DNA of 64,000 bases from Orbicella franksi (Eukaryota): contig OZ116712.1 in NCBI GenBank assembly GCA_964199315.1, positions 16,988,001 to 17,052,000 on the forward strand, written 5' to 3'. Numbering within the stretch: the stretch's first letter is position 1; each line of letters opens with the position of its first letter. The notes below the pieces were generated by a model. The model saw only the letters and a program-made list of their open reading frames with translations, made no database searches and was not told the DNA's origin. The position numbers were made by a program, and so were the translations under genes. Below, piece by piece: positions 25,026-39,400 of the stretch.

Positions 25026-28000
25026 CTTCAGTAATTAACTCAAAGTTTAACTCTAGAAGTAAAGGAATAATTGCTAGAAAAACGTCTGTTTTAAGCGCTT
25101 CAACGAATGTAGTATTATTTCCAGCACTTGTGGTATCAAAAATAACTGTTATCTTTTAGAAGAGGCTCCAAGCATGTGTGAAAAGACTGAAATACAGCCG
25201 TTCTGTAATGAAAACGCTTGACATAGCTATTTCCAATCCAGCTGTCGTCATCCACGTTGTCTTGTGACACTTTGAATTGCCCCTCTGCTTGACTGATATT
25301 GGGACAGTTTTTCAACCAAAAACATGTGATTTATTTCCCTCTCTGACGGTCCGAAATACGAGCAGCAAGTCATTTAAACCAGCTTCTCAATATATTTTTA
25401 AGGTAAAATAAAGAGTTATTTAATAGGCATTTTCATTTCTACTTGTCAGCTCGAATTAATTTTACACTTTGAGAGTATGTATATTGGAGGTAATATTTTT
25501 CTCAATTCGAACTGGCTGCACTGACTTTGATCTTTTTCTTAATTACTTATCCCCAGACGTTGACAACGCCCAGAAATTTTTACAGCAAATGGATATCGCA
25601 TATTTTTTTTTTTTTATTAAAATGGTAACGGAAGTTTTAATGTGAAAATAAAACCTTTGGGTCGCGTTTTCTCGCGGCAATCAACCGGCTGAAACAAAAA
25701 AACACTTTCTCATTAAGAGGAAGAATTAAAATTGTTTCGCGTTTGTAATAAATGTCTCTTTGTTTAATCTGCCTTCCCTCACCTGTGGTGACACACACGA
25801 GCAATGTGTTAACTTTTTATTCGTTTTCATTCAATCGATGAATTTCACGGATAACAATACGAGATGCGCGTGGCAGAACACAAACGAAGCTGTCATTATC
25901 GAGTTATAGACGCCCGGTAGATGAAAAACACGCACTCTGACTGTCAAACTAGTTTTATGAACTGGAGCTAAAACTAATTAAACCCCAAGCAAACTGACCG
26001 CCAGTTTCATTCAGTTGAAAAAAAAAATGTGACACTTGACATGCAAGGAACAAAGGCACAACCAACGCTTTTATGAGCTCTTGGATTCTTCAAGTATTGA
26101 AACATCAATGTTGTGGGATATGCCATTTACCTAACGTTCTAATTTGTTCTAATGTGCTTCCGACAGACAGACAAAAAGTGTTGGACGTATTATTGAATAG
26201 CAGGGTGTGTGTTCATTTCCATTGTGAACAGATCCCGGGTTCTCACAAGAAATCGGCCACCATCAACAAACAAGTGAAACAAGGGGAAGTGGAAAACCTT
26301 CACAGTTAATTCTGTCCACAGAAAGTTGTGATGGCCATAGAAAAAATATCACGAATGCTAAGGACGCGTTTTATTGCGCAGATAAAGCTAGGACAAAATG
26401 GATAAACTTGTCAACTGGATATGAACCTGTATGTGCAAATGTGTTCCGAGTAAATACAGCGACATATTGCTTGATGTCTTAATTACTTAGTTAAACCTTA
26501 TTACGCTTGGATCGGAAGCAGTCATCACTCTATTTACTTTCAATTCCAAACTCTGCCAACTTGAAGGGAATCGTTATTTCCACGCTAGGAAAATATTCCA
26601 AAAAAAAAATTACGATCGTCTTCTTTTTTTTTTCTTGAATTCATAATTTAGGTATTTGTCAAGTGTTTTATCTCTTGTGATCTGAAGGAGAAAAATGAAA
26701 AGTGATGCGAGCCCCCACAAAAAAACTGAAAATTGATTTTTATTGGGTAGACTTGAAGTGAAGAACTTCATGGGGATGGTTTCCAAGCATGTTAAGAGCC
26801 TTGGGGCCAGTATTAAACATAATCGTTCGGTGTACCTCGCTTCAGTCGTTTCATATTTCTAAAAATCGTGATTCTAATCATTATTATAGCTTGAGAAGGA
26901 GTAAGCGATCGTGTACTCGGGGTGAGGTGTTGGTGAAAGTGTTGCAATCGTGGCAAGGCGCGTAGCACAACGTAGCATGGTTTCAATGTTCATGGTAAAT
27001 GGTATTCGTACAGCATCTCAGTCCCGCATTCCCTCCACGGCTAAGAAAGTTGGAGATAACATGTTATCAGAACATAGCTTATTGATCATTTGCTGGCCGC
27101 GACGGAAAAGTCTGTTCAATGGGTAAGGCAGAGATGCAACTGGTTACTGTCATTATGTATTTGTTGTTGTTATGAACTAGGGTGCCAGCCTACATATGGC
27201 TTCAGTTTTGGCTACTCAGATGAACTCAGGACACTGTTCTAAGTACAGTCATTCGGGTATATCTCTAGAGTTCGTCGAAAACCCTCATGAGTAATGAAGA
27301 AATTGTCTATAATTAACAAGGATAGAATCCCTTGATTTAGTCCTATCAGTGGCAAAAAGATGTACAGTAAATAGTCTATCTGTCTACAATGTGCTATTGC
27401 GGCCGTGCAATCGCCAGTAGCAATCCCTAGCTTAAAAGCTGAAGAAAATGTAATGATTTATAACGTGAAACATTTGATTTCGCTCGTTTGTATTGACAAG
27501 CATAGGGATCAAACCTTTTTCTCCTAAATAGTTCAGACTCCGTGAAGTGACGATCGAGATGTAAAATCTTTATATGTTTATGAGGTCCATTGTGGTAACG
27601 CCCGTATCAACGCTAGGTGGAAGTTGAGTTCAGAATAAATGTTGAAGTGAAACAAAGTTTGATTGCTGTTAATTCAAGGAGAAACTAGTTCGTACCGCAA
27701 ACACTACTTAAAAGATTTCAACCCGCGATAAGATTTAGTAAGACATGTACAATCTTTAGCAAAATATTTCAGTTTCTCTCTTTGCACTGCTGACTACCGC
27801 TGTTATTGCTATCATTATTATTTACAATTTAAGTCTATGATATTTTATTCTCTGAAAAAATGTAGGTCTTACAATTCTTATTTTAAATTGTGATCTGAAT
27901 TTTTTATGATGTCGAGCCGTGTAAGGCCCGAAAGGACCTTGTGTGAGAAGGCCAAATATTTGTTTCTATCAATTCAACCGAAAGAATAAAACATTCTATC

Positions 28001-31000
28001 CATTCAGATTAATTTATGTGTAGCTGCAACCCTCCCATGACATCTTTATTATAAATTTAGTTAATTCTAGCTTGCACAACATGCCATTTACATTAGCATA
28101 CGAGACCAAAGGAAGCCGAGCGGGTCTCATATACCAGCACTAGAAAAGACTTGCGTTAATTTGTTATGATCGTATTTGAGATTACAGTTAGCGGTTTACC
28201 TCTGTCCCCTAAAGGGGAGCTGTCTCAAAGCTCCTAAGAATCAACCGCTTTAGAGAATGAATGAAACCTTTTCTTAGTTTTATATAAAAGAATATGTTTC
28301 CAGTTTGATTCTGGAACGTGCGTTTTACGCTTGGAGCACTGGTCTTCGCACAACCACCTAATGAAATATAATTTTTAATCGCTCAAGATGCAAAATAGAA
28401 GCAATTTTTAAATTCCCTTCATTAGAGGAAGCTTGAATTAGACTTTTACTGCAGCGGGGCAAATGATCAAGGCAGTATCGAAATATTTGTGTCAGCTGCA
28501 ACTGTAATCAGATAGTCCGGCGGCCATCACTGATTCAGCTGCTTGTATACCATTTACTGCTCACGTCCCTCAAAAGAGTAGTAAAAGGCATTTTAGCTTG
28601 GTGTCTGTTACATTGTTCTCAATCTTTTCACTGCTAAGTGGTGTAAAGAGCTCTGTTCTTAACACGGGCACGTTAGCCAGTTTTGAAGCCAGAAGTGAGA
28701 AGTGCGGTATAGTTCTTGCACAATGGAAATGCGCGAGTCTCGAGCGGCCATCTCATTCAGCTAAAAGAAAAGGCCACGGGCCTTAAAGGAATTTGTCACG
28801 TTCCAAGCACCTCAATTGACACAATTCTTTCATGACATTGACATTTTCATAACTTTCGCGAACCAAACCCGCTTGTCGGCTCTTCTTTTTTATGGTTTGT
28901 TTTTTCAGCGCGTCAAACAGTGGTCATTTTAATTTTCGTATTGCGGCCATGTTTACATTCAGCTACTGCTCTTAGATCAGCTGTCCACATTAAACAATGC
29001 CATATTGGTTGCGCTTTCTTTCTTATCAGCTGGTTAAAGCCGGTACTATTAAACATGAAAACTCTAGTACGAATTCATTCCCCGCCTCAACTCTGCAAAT
29101 TAGCTCAGTGTGGTAGTGGGTTGAGATGTTTTGAGCACCTTGTCAAACTGTGCCGCGCCTACTTCGTTTGTAGTGAACGGCTTATCTCTAACTTTATCGC
29201 AATCCTTTTAATTCCTTTATCTTTCCTGGCTATATTATACGATACGAAGTTCTGCATTTTGGCGCATATGGCATATTGAATTTATCGCTATATGCTCTGC
29301 CACGTGAGCTTTTGAAAAGCAAATCATTATACGCTAAGTGCTGGTAATCCGAAACCTTCTCAAGACCTGAATAAATCCATAATTTACATTTCGTAAAGGG
29401 TCGAGTGGCTTTCTTTTCACGGGTTTTTAGAAACGGTTCGGTGTAAAATGACTGCTCTTGAATTGAAAATCGTTTCACCTCCACGATCGAATTTCCTTTC
29501 TCGTGTTAAGGAAAGTATATGGTCGCTAAAGAGTTTCGTGGGACGTGCTTCTGATTAACACTGGCAAAGTTTCACAAGCGAGACATTCCCCGCTAAAGAA
29601 AGCCCACCGTGATTCGTGTTTCGTGATTCTTAAGCTGAAGTCTTGAATCACCATAGAAAAATTTCAATGAGTTGTTAAAAACGCTCGTTGAACCCTTAAA
29701 CTGCTCGGAGTGACAATTTTTTACACTTCTAACTGTCCCTGTAATGAGACCCAAGAGGGTGTAATTTCTTAGTTGTAAATTGGTTTGTTTTGGAACCATT
29801 CAGCTTTGCAAAAATATAGTGTCGGTAACAGCACATACAAGTGGCAAGCTAAGCTACTTACAAGCTTACTTCATTTCCTAGCGTATGTGGAGGTCACTGG
29901 CCGAGTGGTCAAATTCTCAGATAGCTGTGCTCTTTACAACTGCTACAGGCCGTGTGAACATTACAATTACTTTTTTCAGCATTTACTCCTTCCTCTTTTC
30001 CTCAACACCGATAATGTCTACCGCAGACATCTGATCGAAAAGCTGCGGTGCGGTTTTATAATACCGGTTGGAGAAACCCGTTCAATCATTTCGGATTCTA
30101 CACTGGGCGGCAAGCGTCGTGGTTACATTAAAGGTTCGCTTTTTGCAACCCCAGAATTAATACAAACTTGAAGATAACAGGGGAGTTAAGACTTCCTTTA
30201 TTGTCAAAATGGCATCGGTTACGAAACCAGATCTAGTGTAATGGCAAGAAATCTTGGTGATAAAAAGTTACTTTGAATTTCTGAAAGGGTGGCTCTTGGC
30301 TCTTGAAACGAATGCGGGTTACAGACAGTTTGGCGCCAATGAAATAATATACGAGCAGTTACTTCGCTGTTCAGTTGAGTTTCCCGCATTGAATTGTGAC
30401 ACACTGACCACAAAGTAATAAATATATACTGAAATATGGAGCAGATTTATCAGCAGATTAAAATTGTACTAATGCCCTGTATGCCATTTGTTTGTCAAAA
30501 CTAAGACCGAAATAAACCAGGTATATCACGAACAGTCTATAAGAACACGGAGATTGAAAAGCGCGTAAATTTTTAAACAGAAATGTGGGTGGAATTTTTA
30601 CGGATGCCTTGAGGCGAAGTGGTGAACTAGGTTAGGCTTGGATGGCGCTACAATGTAATCATCGAAAATTATTTTTCCTCTTTCTTTCGTTTTCTTTTTG
30701 TGTGTGTGTGTGTGTGCCCTTTGAATGCTAATCCGAAATCAAGCGGAAATGCCACGTTCAGCAAAAAATTCTGAAGGATCCAGATAAAGCTATGTACATT
30801 TTATTTTGCAAAAGCCTGCTTGTGCTTTATAACATACCGCATTTTTGGTCTTCCATTTAGAAAGGCGATTTGTAAGAGCTCTGTTTGTTTACATTGAGTG
30901 CTATCATTTCAACTTTCGGGGCACAAAAGAAGAAATGTGCAATCGATACCGCAGTGTTGGTGTTAAAAAAAAGAGAGATTACAGGATTAATTTTAAGTCG

Positions 31001-34000
31001 CCTGACTTATCCTTTTTATGTCTGATATTTTTCCGTGGGTGTGGTTTTGGAGGTAGTTTCGAGGATCACTTTCACTCATAGAAATGTCAATATCTTAGTG
31101 ATGCATAAGGTCAGGTTAAGGCCATGCCATAAAACACTTTCAAGTCGTAAATTCTCATTAAGCAGCTGAAAAATCGTTTCTTCTTGCTGCGCTAGCTCAT
31201 TTTGGATGTTAGAATCGACGTCAGAGAGTAACCGGACAAATCTATCCGGATTTAAGCGAGTCACGGAAGTCCCTTGCCGACCTGTTGTTCAATGAACCCT
31301 GACAACTGTGTATGTAAAGGAACTTGATTTCCATTCAGTTTTCATGCGTTCTTTTTAGTTTATACAACAACTTTATTCATTTACTAAAGAAGCACTTGGT
31401 TGATAACAACCTACATACGGGTGTCATGTTTTTTTGTGTGTTTTGAATTTGATTGATTCAACTACCGAACAAAATGAATTGTCGAACTACGGTCGCCGCA
31501 ACCAGGCATCGATGGACTGAATAACCTCGTACCGACTACAAACAGTAAGCTTAAAGCCCTCCAAACCAATATAACTTATCAAGGGGGGTTCTTTTTGTAG
31601 CCACTTGAATAAAAATGAATTCTCGAAACTATCAATTTCAATTTTTTGGAGAGAACCTGTGCTTGTTTGTGAATGTCGAATGCTTAAAGAACTCTTTGTA
31701 AATCGAGTGTCTTGCGCCAGTGTTTGTTGACGAAATCCGTGTTGTGGTGTTAGAATATGGTAATTTTCGTGTTAAAATATGGGTAGTTTTCGTGTTAAAA
31801 CGTGTGGGTATTTGTTAGTTGTGGCAGAAATTGTGTGCAATTTTAGTTCAATAGAACTATATGGATAAATGTCTTTGAATATATCGGTCTACCTAGCGAC
31901 TAAAGAAACCTCTAAGCCTTTACCAGTGGTTTTAATTTCAGAAAAAAGGTATTGCTCCAAAATACAAACATAAGTTGTCGGCTGTTTTCGACCAAGCCGG
32001 CGTTGAATAAGAAGGTAATTCGGACTATATCTCCCATATATGCAAATGAAGTTTACTAAAACGTTCTCGTCGCGCCAGCCATTAGTTTAGAGTCTGCCAT
32101 CTTGCGCTAATAATTGGCTCGACCCTTGCAGGCTTTGAACTCGAGAAATGAGCACAAACTCGCAGCCAAAAGTCGGCATTAGGTGATACTTATTTTCCAA
32201 GGAGCAGTCTTTTCTTGCTAGCCTTTGCATGATTAATAAATACTTACATCAAAATAGCTCAGTGGGGTGTCCATTCCATATTCATAAACAAACGTACTGT
32301 TTTGGCTTCGTAACTGGTCTTAAAATGAAACTTAAGGGCTTCGGGGCTGGGCACGGTATCGTCGTACGGGGCAAACGAACTGAACCTTCAAGACTTCAGA
32401 AGGAGGACATTCTGCAGCGGGTGAAGTGGCTTCGTTAGATCTCAAAGAAAAACCCTTGAGTTTGTTGTTAGAAAATTCTTTCGCAATTGACATCGCTGCC
32501 TCGCTTTTCATCCCCATCTCTACAGATTGTGACAAATAGCTATGCGTTTTGTCCGTGACAGGCCGAGTTTTAAGCACACACGGTGGCGGAAAGCGATTCC
32601 ATTTACTGCTAGTAAAACCCATTAAATTTTAGCCACTTACACAAAATCTCGCACTTTTTTCGCGGCTTTTTCCCCGGTTTTATCTGTGGCCACCAGCTGT
32701 GTGTGGCTGGTGGCCTCTAAAAGGGAAATAAAAGCCGAAAGCCAGTGAATGAATTGTAGATCAAATGATGAAGAAAACTCATAGCCAAGACTTGAAAATT
32801 ATCATCAAAAAGTCTCGAGGAATTTACAGTTCAGTTGCCTTAACTTTAAGCTAGCGAGTACAATTATGATGGTCCTTTTATAGACAAACTTTTTTTTGTC
32901 ACCTGTACATCGTACGTTTTACGCATCTCTAACTGCACATAATTCATTTAAAAAAAAACACACATTTTGCGTCTATGTCTTAATTTTAGTGCCGACAATG
33001 TCTTCAGCGAACGTTCGCGGGAATATTTTCGCAGACATCAAGTCGCGATCAAATAGAGAAGTACTTCCCGTACTTTTCGAAACATTACTGAGTTATTTAT
33101 TTGAACGTTAGAGCCCTCTCCAGTTACTCTGTAAAGAAAACAGCTAGCGACCGGCTGGAGCGATATAATTCTATGAGCAAGATATGGAGTTTATTGAATT
33201 TTTAGTTTGGTTGTTGAGTTATTCGCGGATAATTCTTCAATAAATTTTTGTCAAACTGCTATAAATTGTTGCATTTCTTTATTACACCTTAGGAAATCGA
33301 CTGGCTCACAGGAATGCGAGGGCGAAAAAATAAGCTGTTAAAAAATACTAAATGAGTCTGAAAACTCATTTGCAAATGGGTTTTTGGGGACTGCCATGTC
33401 TTCAATTTTTTTTAATGAGATGAAAACACGATTTGTCCTTTGTTTCTTTTATTTGAAAGTTTTTGTGTACATTTGTGTTGGATAGCTTTCACAACTAGGG
33501 TGCAACTATAGGGGGTATAAATACATACATTTATTGTTCGTTAAAAATAGCACCGAAGAAATATCGATTGTGGATGTCTCTTAACTACTGGTAGAGTCAA
33601 ATTTAAGGATGGTTGCCTGAGCTTCTCGACTGTTTTAGATTATTATTCCAGCAAGCTGCGGTGAAAAGTCAAACCGACCCGAATCTCTTGTTAAGTGAAT
33701 ATCTTGACGAAAGCAATTTTTTATGGATCAGAAACCATGAACCCTTTTAATTTAAAAAAGGCGAGTGATTTTCACGGCGAATGTAGACTTGAAGAAGAAA
33801 ACTAGTGATTAAAAATTGTTCTTACTAAGGAGGATTCATAACTCTGCTAACACTCAACACTCGTCCCAACAAATGGTTTTGTTTCCCCAATTTATTAACA
33901 CTTTTGAACAAAGAGGTATAAGTGAAATAGTGGATTAATGTTTTATTCATAGTGTTTTCTTCACGATTTATTGCGTTTTTCTTTCATTAACAAGGTCTTT

Positions 34001-35235
34001 GTCCCAATACCAGGCGAAAACTGAAGCGTTGAAGCAACAAAGTTTAGCTTTTTGAACAACGTGCTATCCCTCCGCTGCAATGAGAGTTTTTCGTGTTTAA
34101 AAGTCGATAACGTATTCTAATTTGCTCAAACTCTGTGGCAACGAAGCGTCTCTCTTTGTTGTCTATAAACGTCTCTGTTATTTCTTGCCTAATCTGAAAG
34201 CAAACGAACGTTGATTCAATTTGCTAAAGATCCATTCTTGGAAATTACAGAAACCCCTCCTCTTTTTTCATCGAGTAAACACGAACGACAATCAATTATG
34301 GCATTCATACGCTCCGCTTCATAACATGACTCAATCCAGCAACAACCTTTTCCTGATTTTCACCTCAAGAGGGAAACAAACTGGTACTGATGCCCTAATG
34401 ACAGAATTTCCTTGCTTGTTTGATTTCACAAAAGCAAAACTCTTAGTGCGAGAGTCCTGTCAACTCAGGTGCGAGAGAGCATCTCATAAAATCCTTTAAG
34501 TAGAACGAGACGTGTTGTTTGCCAAACATCGCGTTGTCAAATTTGATTCATCCAGTCGTGTCCCATTGCGGTTGTAATGTTTTCTGACAATTCGTGCGGT
34601 AATGTGAAACGATTTTACTGAGAAGGAGCGAGCTAATAGCCGTTGACGTTTATGCCAAGCTCAAACAACCAGCATTTTAGTAAAGATGAGAAGAATTGTA
34701 ATTAGAATTTAAGTTTGGCTTGGAAAGGATTATCCCTTGAAGAATGATGAACCCTTATCACTATCGTCTTAATTTCAGACATGCATTTACTAAAAGCATT
34801 AAGAACAATTTTTAAAGCTACCTAGCAACTTATAATATAAAAAATAACTACAAAATCAAACTTTTTCGCGCTAAAGAAAAACCTATAAAATTGTTTGCTA
34901 TAAAATCTGGCTACTTACAGTTTTTAAAAGCTCAAAACAAAATGTTTTCAAATCACACTCGAGAAGGACATCGAACAGCTGTTGAGTCACACGAAAACGC
35001 AACGTTGACGCGACTCCAAAGAAAACTCTTAGAATATAAACTAAAACCATTACATCCAGAGCAAAGCGTACGATTATTTAAATAAAGTGGTTCTTTGGAG
35101 TTAAGGATTTTGAGAATGTTGGCATATAAGCTTACAATTGACTTTGTAGCCTTCATCGTGACAGCCTGCTTGAAGGAGAGACCCGCATTGTTCTAGGTTT
35201 CTTCGCACAACACACGTTGTAATTGAATGTTTGTG

Positions 35236-35726
35236 CTACCAGTTCCAATACGGATTGCTTGGAGCGATGTAAGATGAAGTTACTGGAGGAAAATGATAGA
35301 AGTCCGTAGGATCATGACGTAAATATCCAAAATTATTGACCGTGCCGCCATGACAAGGCTGGCCATCTCGTACTAGCACGGGCACTGGTACAGTTCTTGG
35401 AGTGAACAAAGGAGCTCCTTCATTCATCACTCCTTTCTCGAAGCTCTGTTTCTTGTATTTGTAACGATGATTCTGAAACCAAATTTTCACCTGCGTCGGG
35501 CTCAAGTTGATAATCCGGGCGAGCTGTTCTCGTTCGGGAGCGGATAAATATCGTTGTTGTCGAAACCTTCTTTCAAGTTCGTATGTTTGCGCCTTGGTGA
35601 AGAGCACTCGCCGTTTCCGCTTTTTTGGCGGATCACTCAGGTCATCTGGCGTTTCCTCTTGTTCACTTATTTCGTGGCTACTCGCCGAGGAGGTCGAGGG
35701 CTTTTCTGTCGGGCTCGGATGTGCAT
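35236..35726 (-). CDS. NK2-B exon 2 (homeobox + NK2-SD)
   Basis: tttttccgccataacag|AT GCA CAT; open to TAG at 35236. Confidence 0.95.
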
Positions 35727-36348
35727 CTGTTATGGCGGAAAAACACAACATTTCATCAGTCTTCATGCCATGTAACGATATCTACAGCACAAACGGGGAA
35801 CTGTGAACTTGTAAGAAATTAAGTGAATTGTAAGTTACAGCAATTAGCCCTTTAGTCTTTCCACGAGGTCTCGAGCAAAGAGCCCTCAAAACACCAAGTG
35901 ATGTAGTATTCACAATAAAAATTTGAAACTGCAGCCATGTTTTCTGTCGTGTTTGTAATTGCCTCGTAAAAAACACCATTGTATTTCAGTTTGCCGGAAA
36001 AGAAAATTATTTGCGTGCGAAAAATTTCGGCGGCTTGTCGCGCGCAGCATTCATAGCAGAAACCCTCTCAAAAATTGCGGCGAGTGTTTTACCAGCTATC
36101 AAGTTTAGTGCTTCATGAAGACCTGCGTTTACTTTTCGCTCGATCAAAGATACAAAATCAAGTTCATTCTTACTTGTATATGAGCACTCTTGGCCTTGAT
36201 TACACACTACTGAACCACATGACGAAGTACGAGTGTTTCCGCCGGGGCTATGATAATTCGGTGAGGATTCACGCGTTGTTTCGCTTTTCGACGGGCACAG
36301 ACCGGCTTCTGGTAAATTGAGGATGTCCTTGACGGAGAACGAAGTCAT
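35236..36348 (-). CDS. Nkx2.2: NK2-class homeobox gene B (most canonical NK2.2/vnd-like), 221 aa, or 230 aa from the ATG at 36375; exons 36348-36174 and 35726-35236
   Basis: TN motif [14 protein letters not shown]; 447-nt phase-1 intron; homeodomain [32 protein letters not shown]...WFQNHRYK (35622-35443); NK2-[18 protein letters not shown] (35400-35353); C-terminus YWNW, resembling the QWTW end of NKX2-2. Confidence 0.95.
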
Positions 36349-36375
36349 CTCGAACGGCCGGTCAATTGTGTACAT
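36174..36375 (-). CDS. NK2-B exon 1 (TN/eh1); start at 36375 or 36348
   Basis: Donor ACA A|gtaaga; two in-frame ATGs. Confidence 0.88.
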
Positions 36376-36455
36376 GGGTCTCAGTTGACTGCCATTTACT
36401 AAGCCGAACGCACTCGCACTCCAGTCATGCTCGTATCCGCGGCGGCTCACAGCAA

Positions 36456-36479
36456 CTTCTTATAGATCGGGGCGTGCCC
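36456..36479 (-). promoter_or_regulatory. Putative NK2-B core promoter: GC element plus TATA (GGGCACGCCCCGATCTATAAGAAG)
   Basis: TATAAG lies ~90-115 nt upstream of the ATGs and is preceded by a GC-rich element. It predicts a TSS near 36435. Confidence 0.5.
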
Positions 36480-39400
36480 AGACTCTCGAGTGGTGAACAA
36501 GATGTTTGACGTTAAACAAATGTTGCCTAAATTCGCCTAAGTCAACCTCTATTGATAGGTTAAGGTGGTGACGAAGTTGACATCACAATTAATTAGAAAG
36601 ATAGCAATTGAATGCCCTGTCACAAGTAAACCCCTTTCGAGTGACAGATCTGCCCTAAAAGGCTTCATTTGACATGTCACGCTGGGCGGGCAGACCCGAA
36701 TACTTATTTCCCCCGCTTAGAACTCAAACAACCATGGCTTCACCTTCAATGAGGCACCTTATTGCGATTCTGACGTCGCAAACTTAATTTCAAGAGACCA
36801 CCACTCCTCGTCTCTCTGGTGCCATCGAAACTGCTCAAGAACGTTGTTCATATTCCCCTTATACACGCCTCTTCAGTTTCTGAAAGATCGATGTAATCGA
36901 AGTTGAAAGCTTGAATACCGACTAATGGGCGATCGGAAGAACGAGCTGCTAGATCAGCGATAAAATCTAGGAAAATTTGCACCTCTACTAATCACACCGG
37001 TTTTCGTTTTTTTCTTCCCCTAGTTTTGTCGAAACCTATTTACAAAAGCACGCACGCATTTAGCCGTCTAGTTCGCGTTATTTATTATTGTTTTTATTAT
37101 TTTTTGGATTATAGACTCGATGCTTGAGAAAATACCACTTTTTCTAAGTGGTTGCTTACTGACCGGGTAAGGACAAATGTATTATTTCGCGCGCGGACCG
37201 GCCGGGTGTTTGGTTTGTTCGACAAATGGCATTCCACTTATTATTCGTAAAACTTTTAAAAACTGTCAACATTTTAATTACGCGAATGTTCGTTTGATTG
37301 TGGCATTATAAACGCTGCTTTAATGGCTCTCTCGTATTTTAATATTTTCCCCTAAAAAGCGAAATGTTTACGTTGTGATGGGTCAGAACCGTCAAGATCA
37401 TCACAAAAGAAAGCACAAAATAAAAAGCTTGCTTTTATATCTACAATGAGAACGCTATTAATAGGACTGAGATATACAAGTAGTTAAATATTTTTTACAA
37501 GACTAGCTCGCGTCCTCCCCAAAGTAAATAGCACTACAAAACACCTGAAAGGTAATTCTTATATCATTTACTTTGAAAATCCAGCCGTTGTTGGCCTTAG
37601 TAGTACTTGAGCGAAAATTGAGTGCATTAACTGAACTTGGGTAATGCAAAACGAAATATTCCTCCCGTCAACTCAGAAGAAGGCTTTCGCGTTTTGTTTG
37701 AAAACTGGAAAAACATTGGGCGTCCCACGCAATTTTTTTTTCTCTGCTAGCGTTATTTGAGCAGTGCCTAGCGTTTTTCATCGTTAACAGGTACATTTTA
37801 AGAACTGTAATTATCACCAAACGGGTACAAACGTATTCTCGTTGGCTTCGTGCCCGTCGCACGCGGCGGAGTGGAGTTCAATTCCAAGAGGAATTCTTGA
37901 AAAATAAAAGCTCTGAATTGACTTTATAATTTTCATTAGCTGGGACTGTTGCCCAAGGCTCGTGCCTACATCCACCTGTTAATGAATTTTCTCCGTACTT
38001 AAGTTATATTGGCAAGTATGCAGGCAAAGTTTGTTCCTCGCCTCGCGTAAAGGGGGTTTTTCATTGTTCTCCTTTCATTGGCAGGTTTGACTTTCAGCTT
38101 TATTTTAACAAGATGTGTCTCCGTTCTGAACCGCACGGGAAAATTCTGCCCGCGAAATAGCCGTCTTGTCGGAGTCAGAGAAACGAGTCTTGTACAAGTT
38201 TAGGATAATCGATCGTTTTAGTGCTGTCTCATAAATATTTCACAGTCAAGAATGAAGTACAAGAGGGTATTACGTCGCTAAACTTATTTGCTTACCAACC
38301 AACCCATCCAAACAAACTGTTTGCTTGTGTCACTTTGTGAGCGACAGGCAGCCCATTATGGCATTACGGTGAAGATATTTTAATTTCGCTCAGTGAATAT
38401 CGTAGATCAATAGAAATTTCGACATACAAAGTGTTTCTGTTTTTCGCGTGTTCCATAGAACTGACTGACATACAAACTCAACAATGCGGAGTTCATAAAT
38501 AAACATTATCACCCAAAACGCCTAATACAGTTCAATTAGCGAGGATTAAAATTTTACGCCCGGAATCGATGTGTCTCTTTTCATTTTCTGCCCTCGCTTT
38601 TTTACTCGCGAGTGCGAACTCGTAATTGTGTTTGTTTGTTATAGTTTGTGAAGAGATACCCTCACCGAAACCGTTTGGATAAGAGCAACGCTTCGAAGAC
38701 AAGAATTGGACTGACGAATTTCATTGTCTGTCCGCCAAACCATTAGCACCCGTTCTTCCAAACAACCACTAATTAGTGTTTAAAAAATTCGATGGTTTGG
38801 GCAACTCAGCAAATGGCTATATCGCCATAACAAGATCGGATTACTGTCAACGAGCCGCCTACTTGCGTAAGAGAGTCGATTGAAAGCCTTTCAAGAGATT
38901 CGCGGCATTTCTCAAAATGAAAAACATCTTAAGATCTCAACAGCCTGTAAAGTTCTCGCTCCTAACATCTACTCTTGAAGAACAACGAGGGACCTCAAGT
39001 GCTTCATGGCGCGGCGTGTAGTGCTTCCGTGAAGATCTCTCAATAACAACTGAAATGAGGTCGGGATGTCACAACCGAGCTATGAGCCCAGGTCTCGGTG
39101 TTAATCACACTAAAAAAAACAATAGGTACTCCTTGTGTTCGCCATTTCATTGTAAGTAATTTAAGAAACAAAGTTTAAAACTGGCCTCCCCGAAACTCTG
39201 CCTCCCATTTTTGTGGCGCTGAAAAAACATTTGATAATTCTCTAAAAACAAGCCCCGCGGAATTACTTGCGGACAGGAATATAAACAAAATTTCACAACA
39301 ACTTCATCGTTAGAGTTTTTCCTGAAGGAGTACATATCATTTTACGCCGATAAAAACAATCAATATTTTATGGCGTAAACTTAGTGAATTAGTTCAGAGA

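Noticed and set aside
25800-25920. Possible Penelope GIY-YIG remnant (MRVAEHKR)
   Set aside because: A single short motif among stops, with no adjacent RT sequence recognised.
36007-36450. 147-aa ORF (MSRRGYEHD...) as the NK2-B N-terminus
   Set aside because: It starts at GTG only ~6-14 nt below a TATA box, so upstream of the likely TSS, and it reads through the exon-1 donor into the intron. The true starts are the ATGs at 36375 or 36348.
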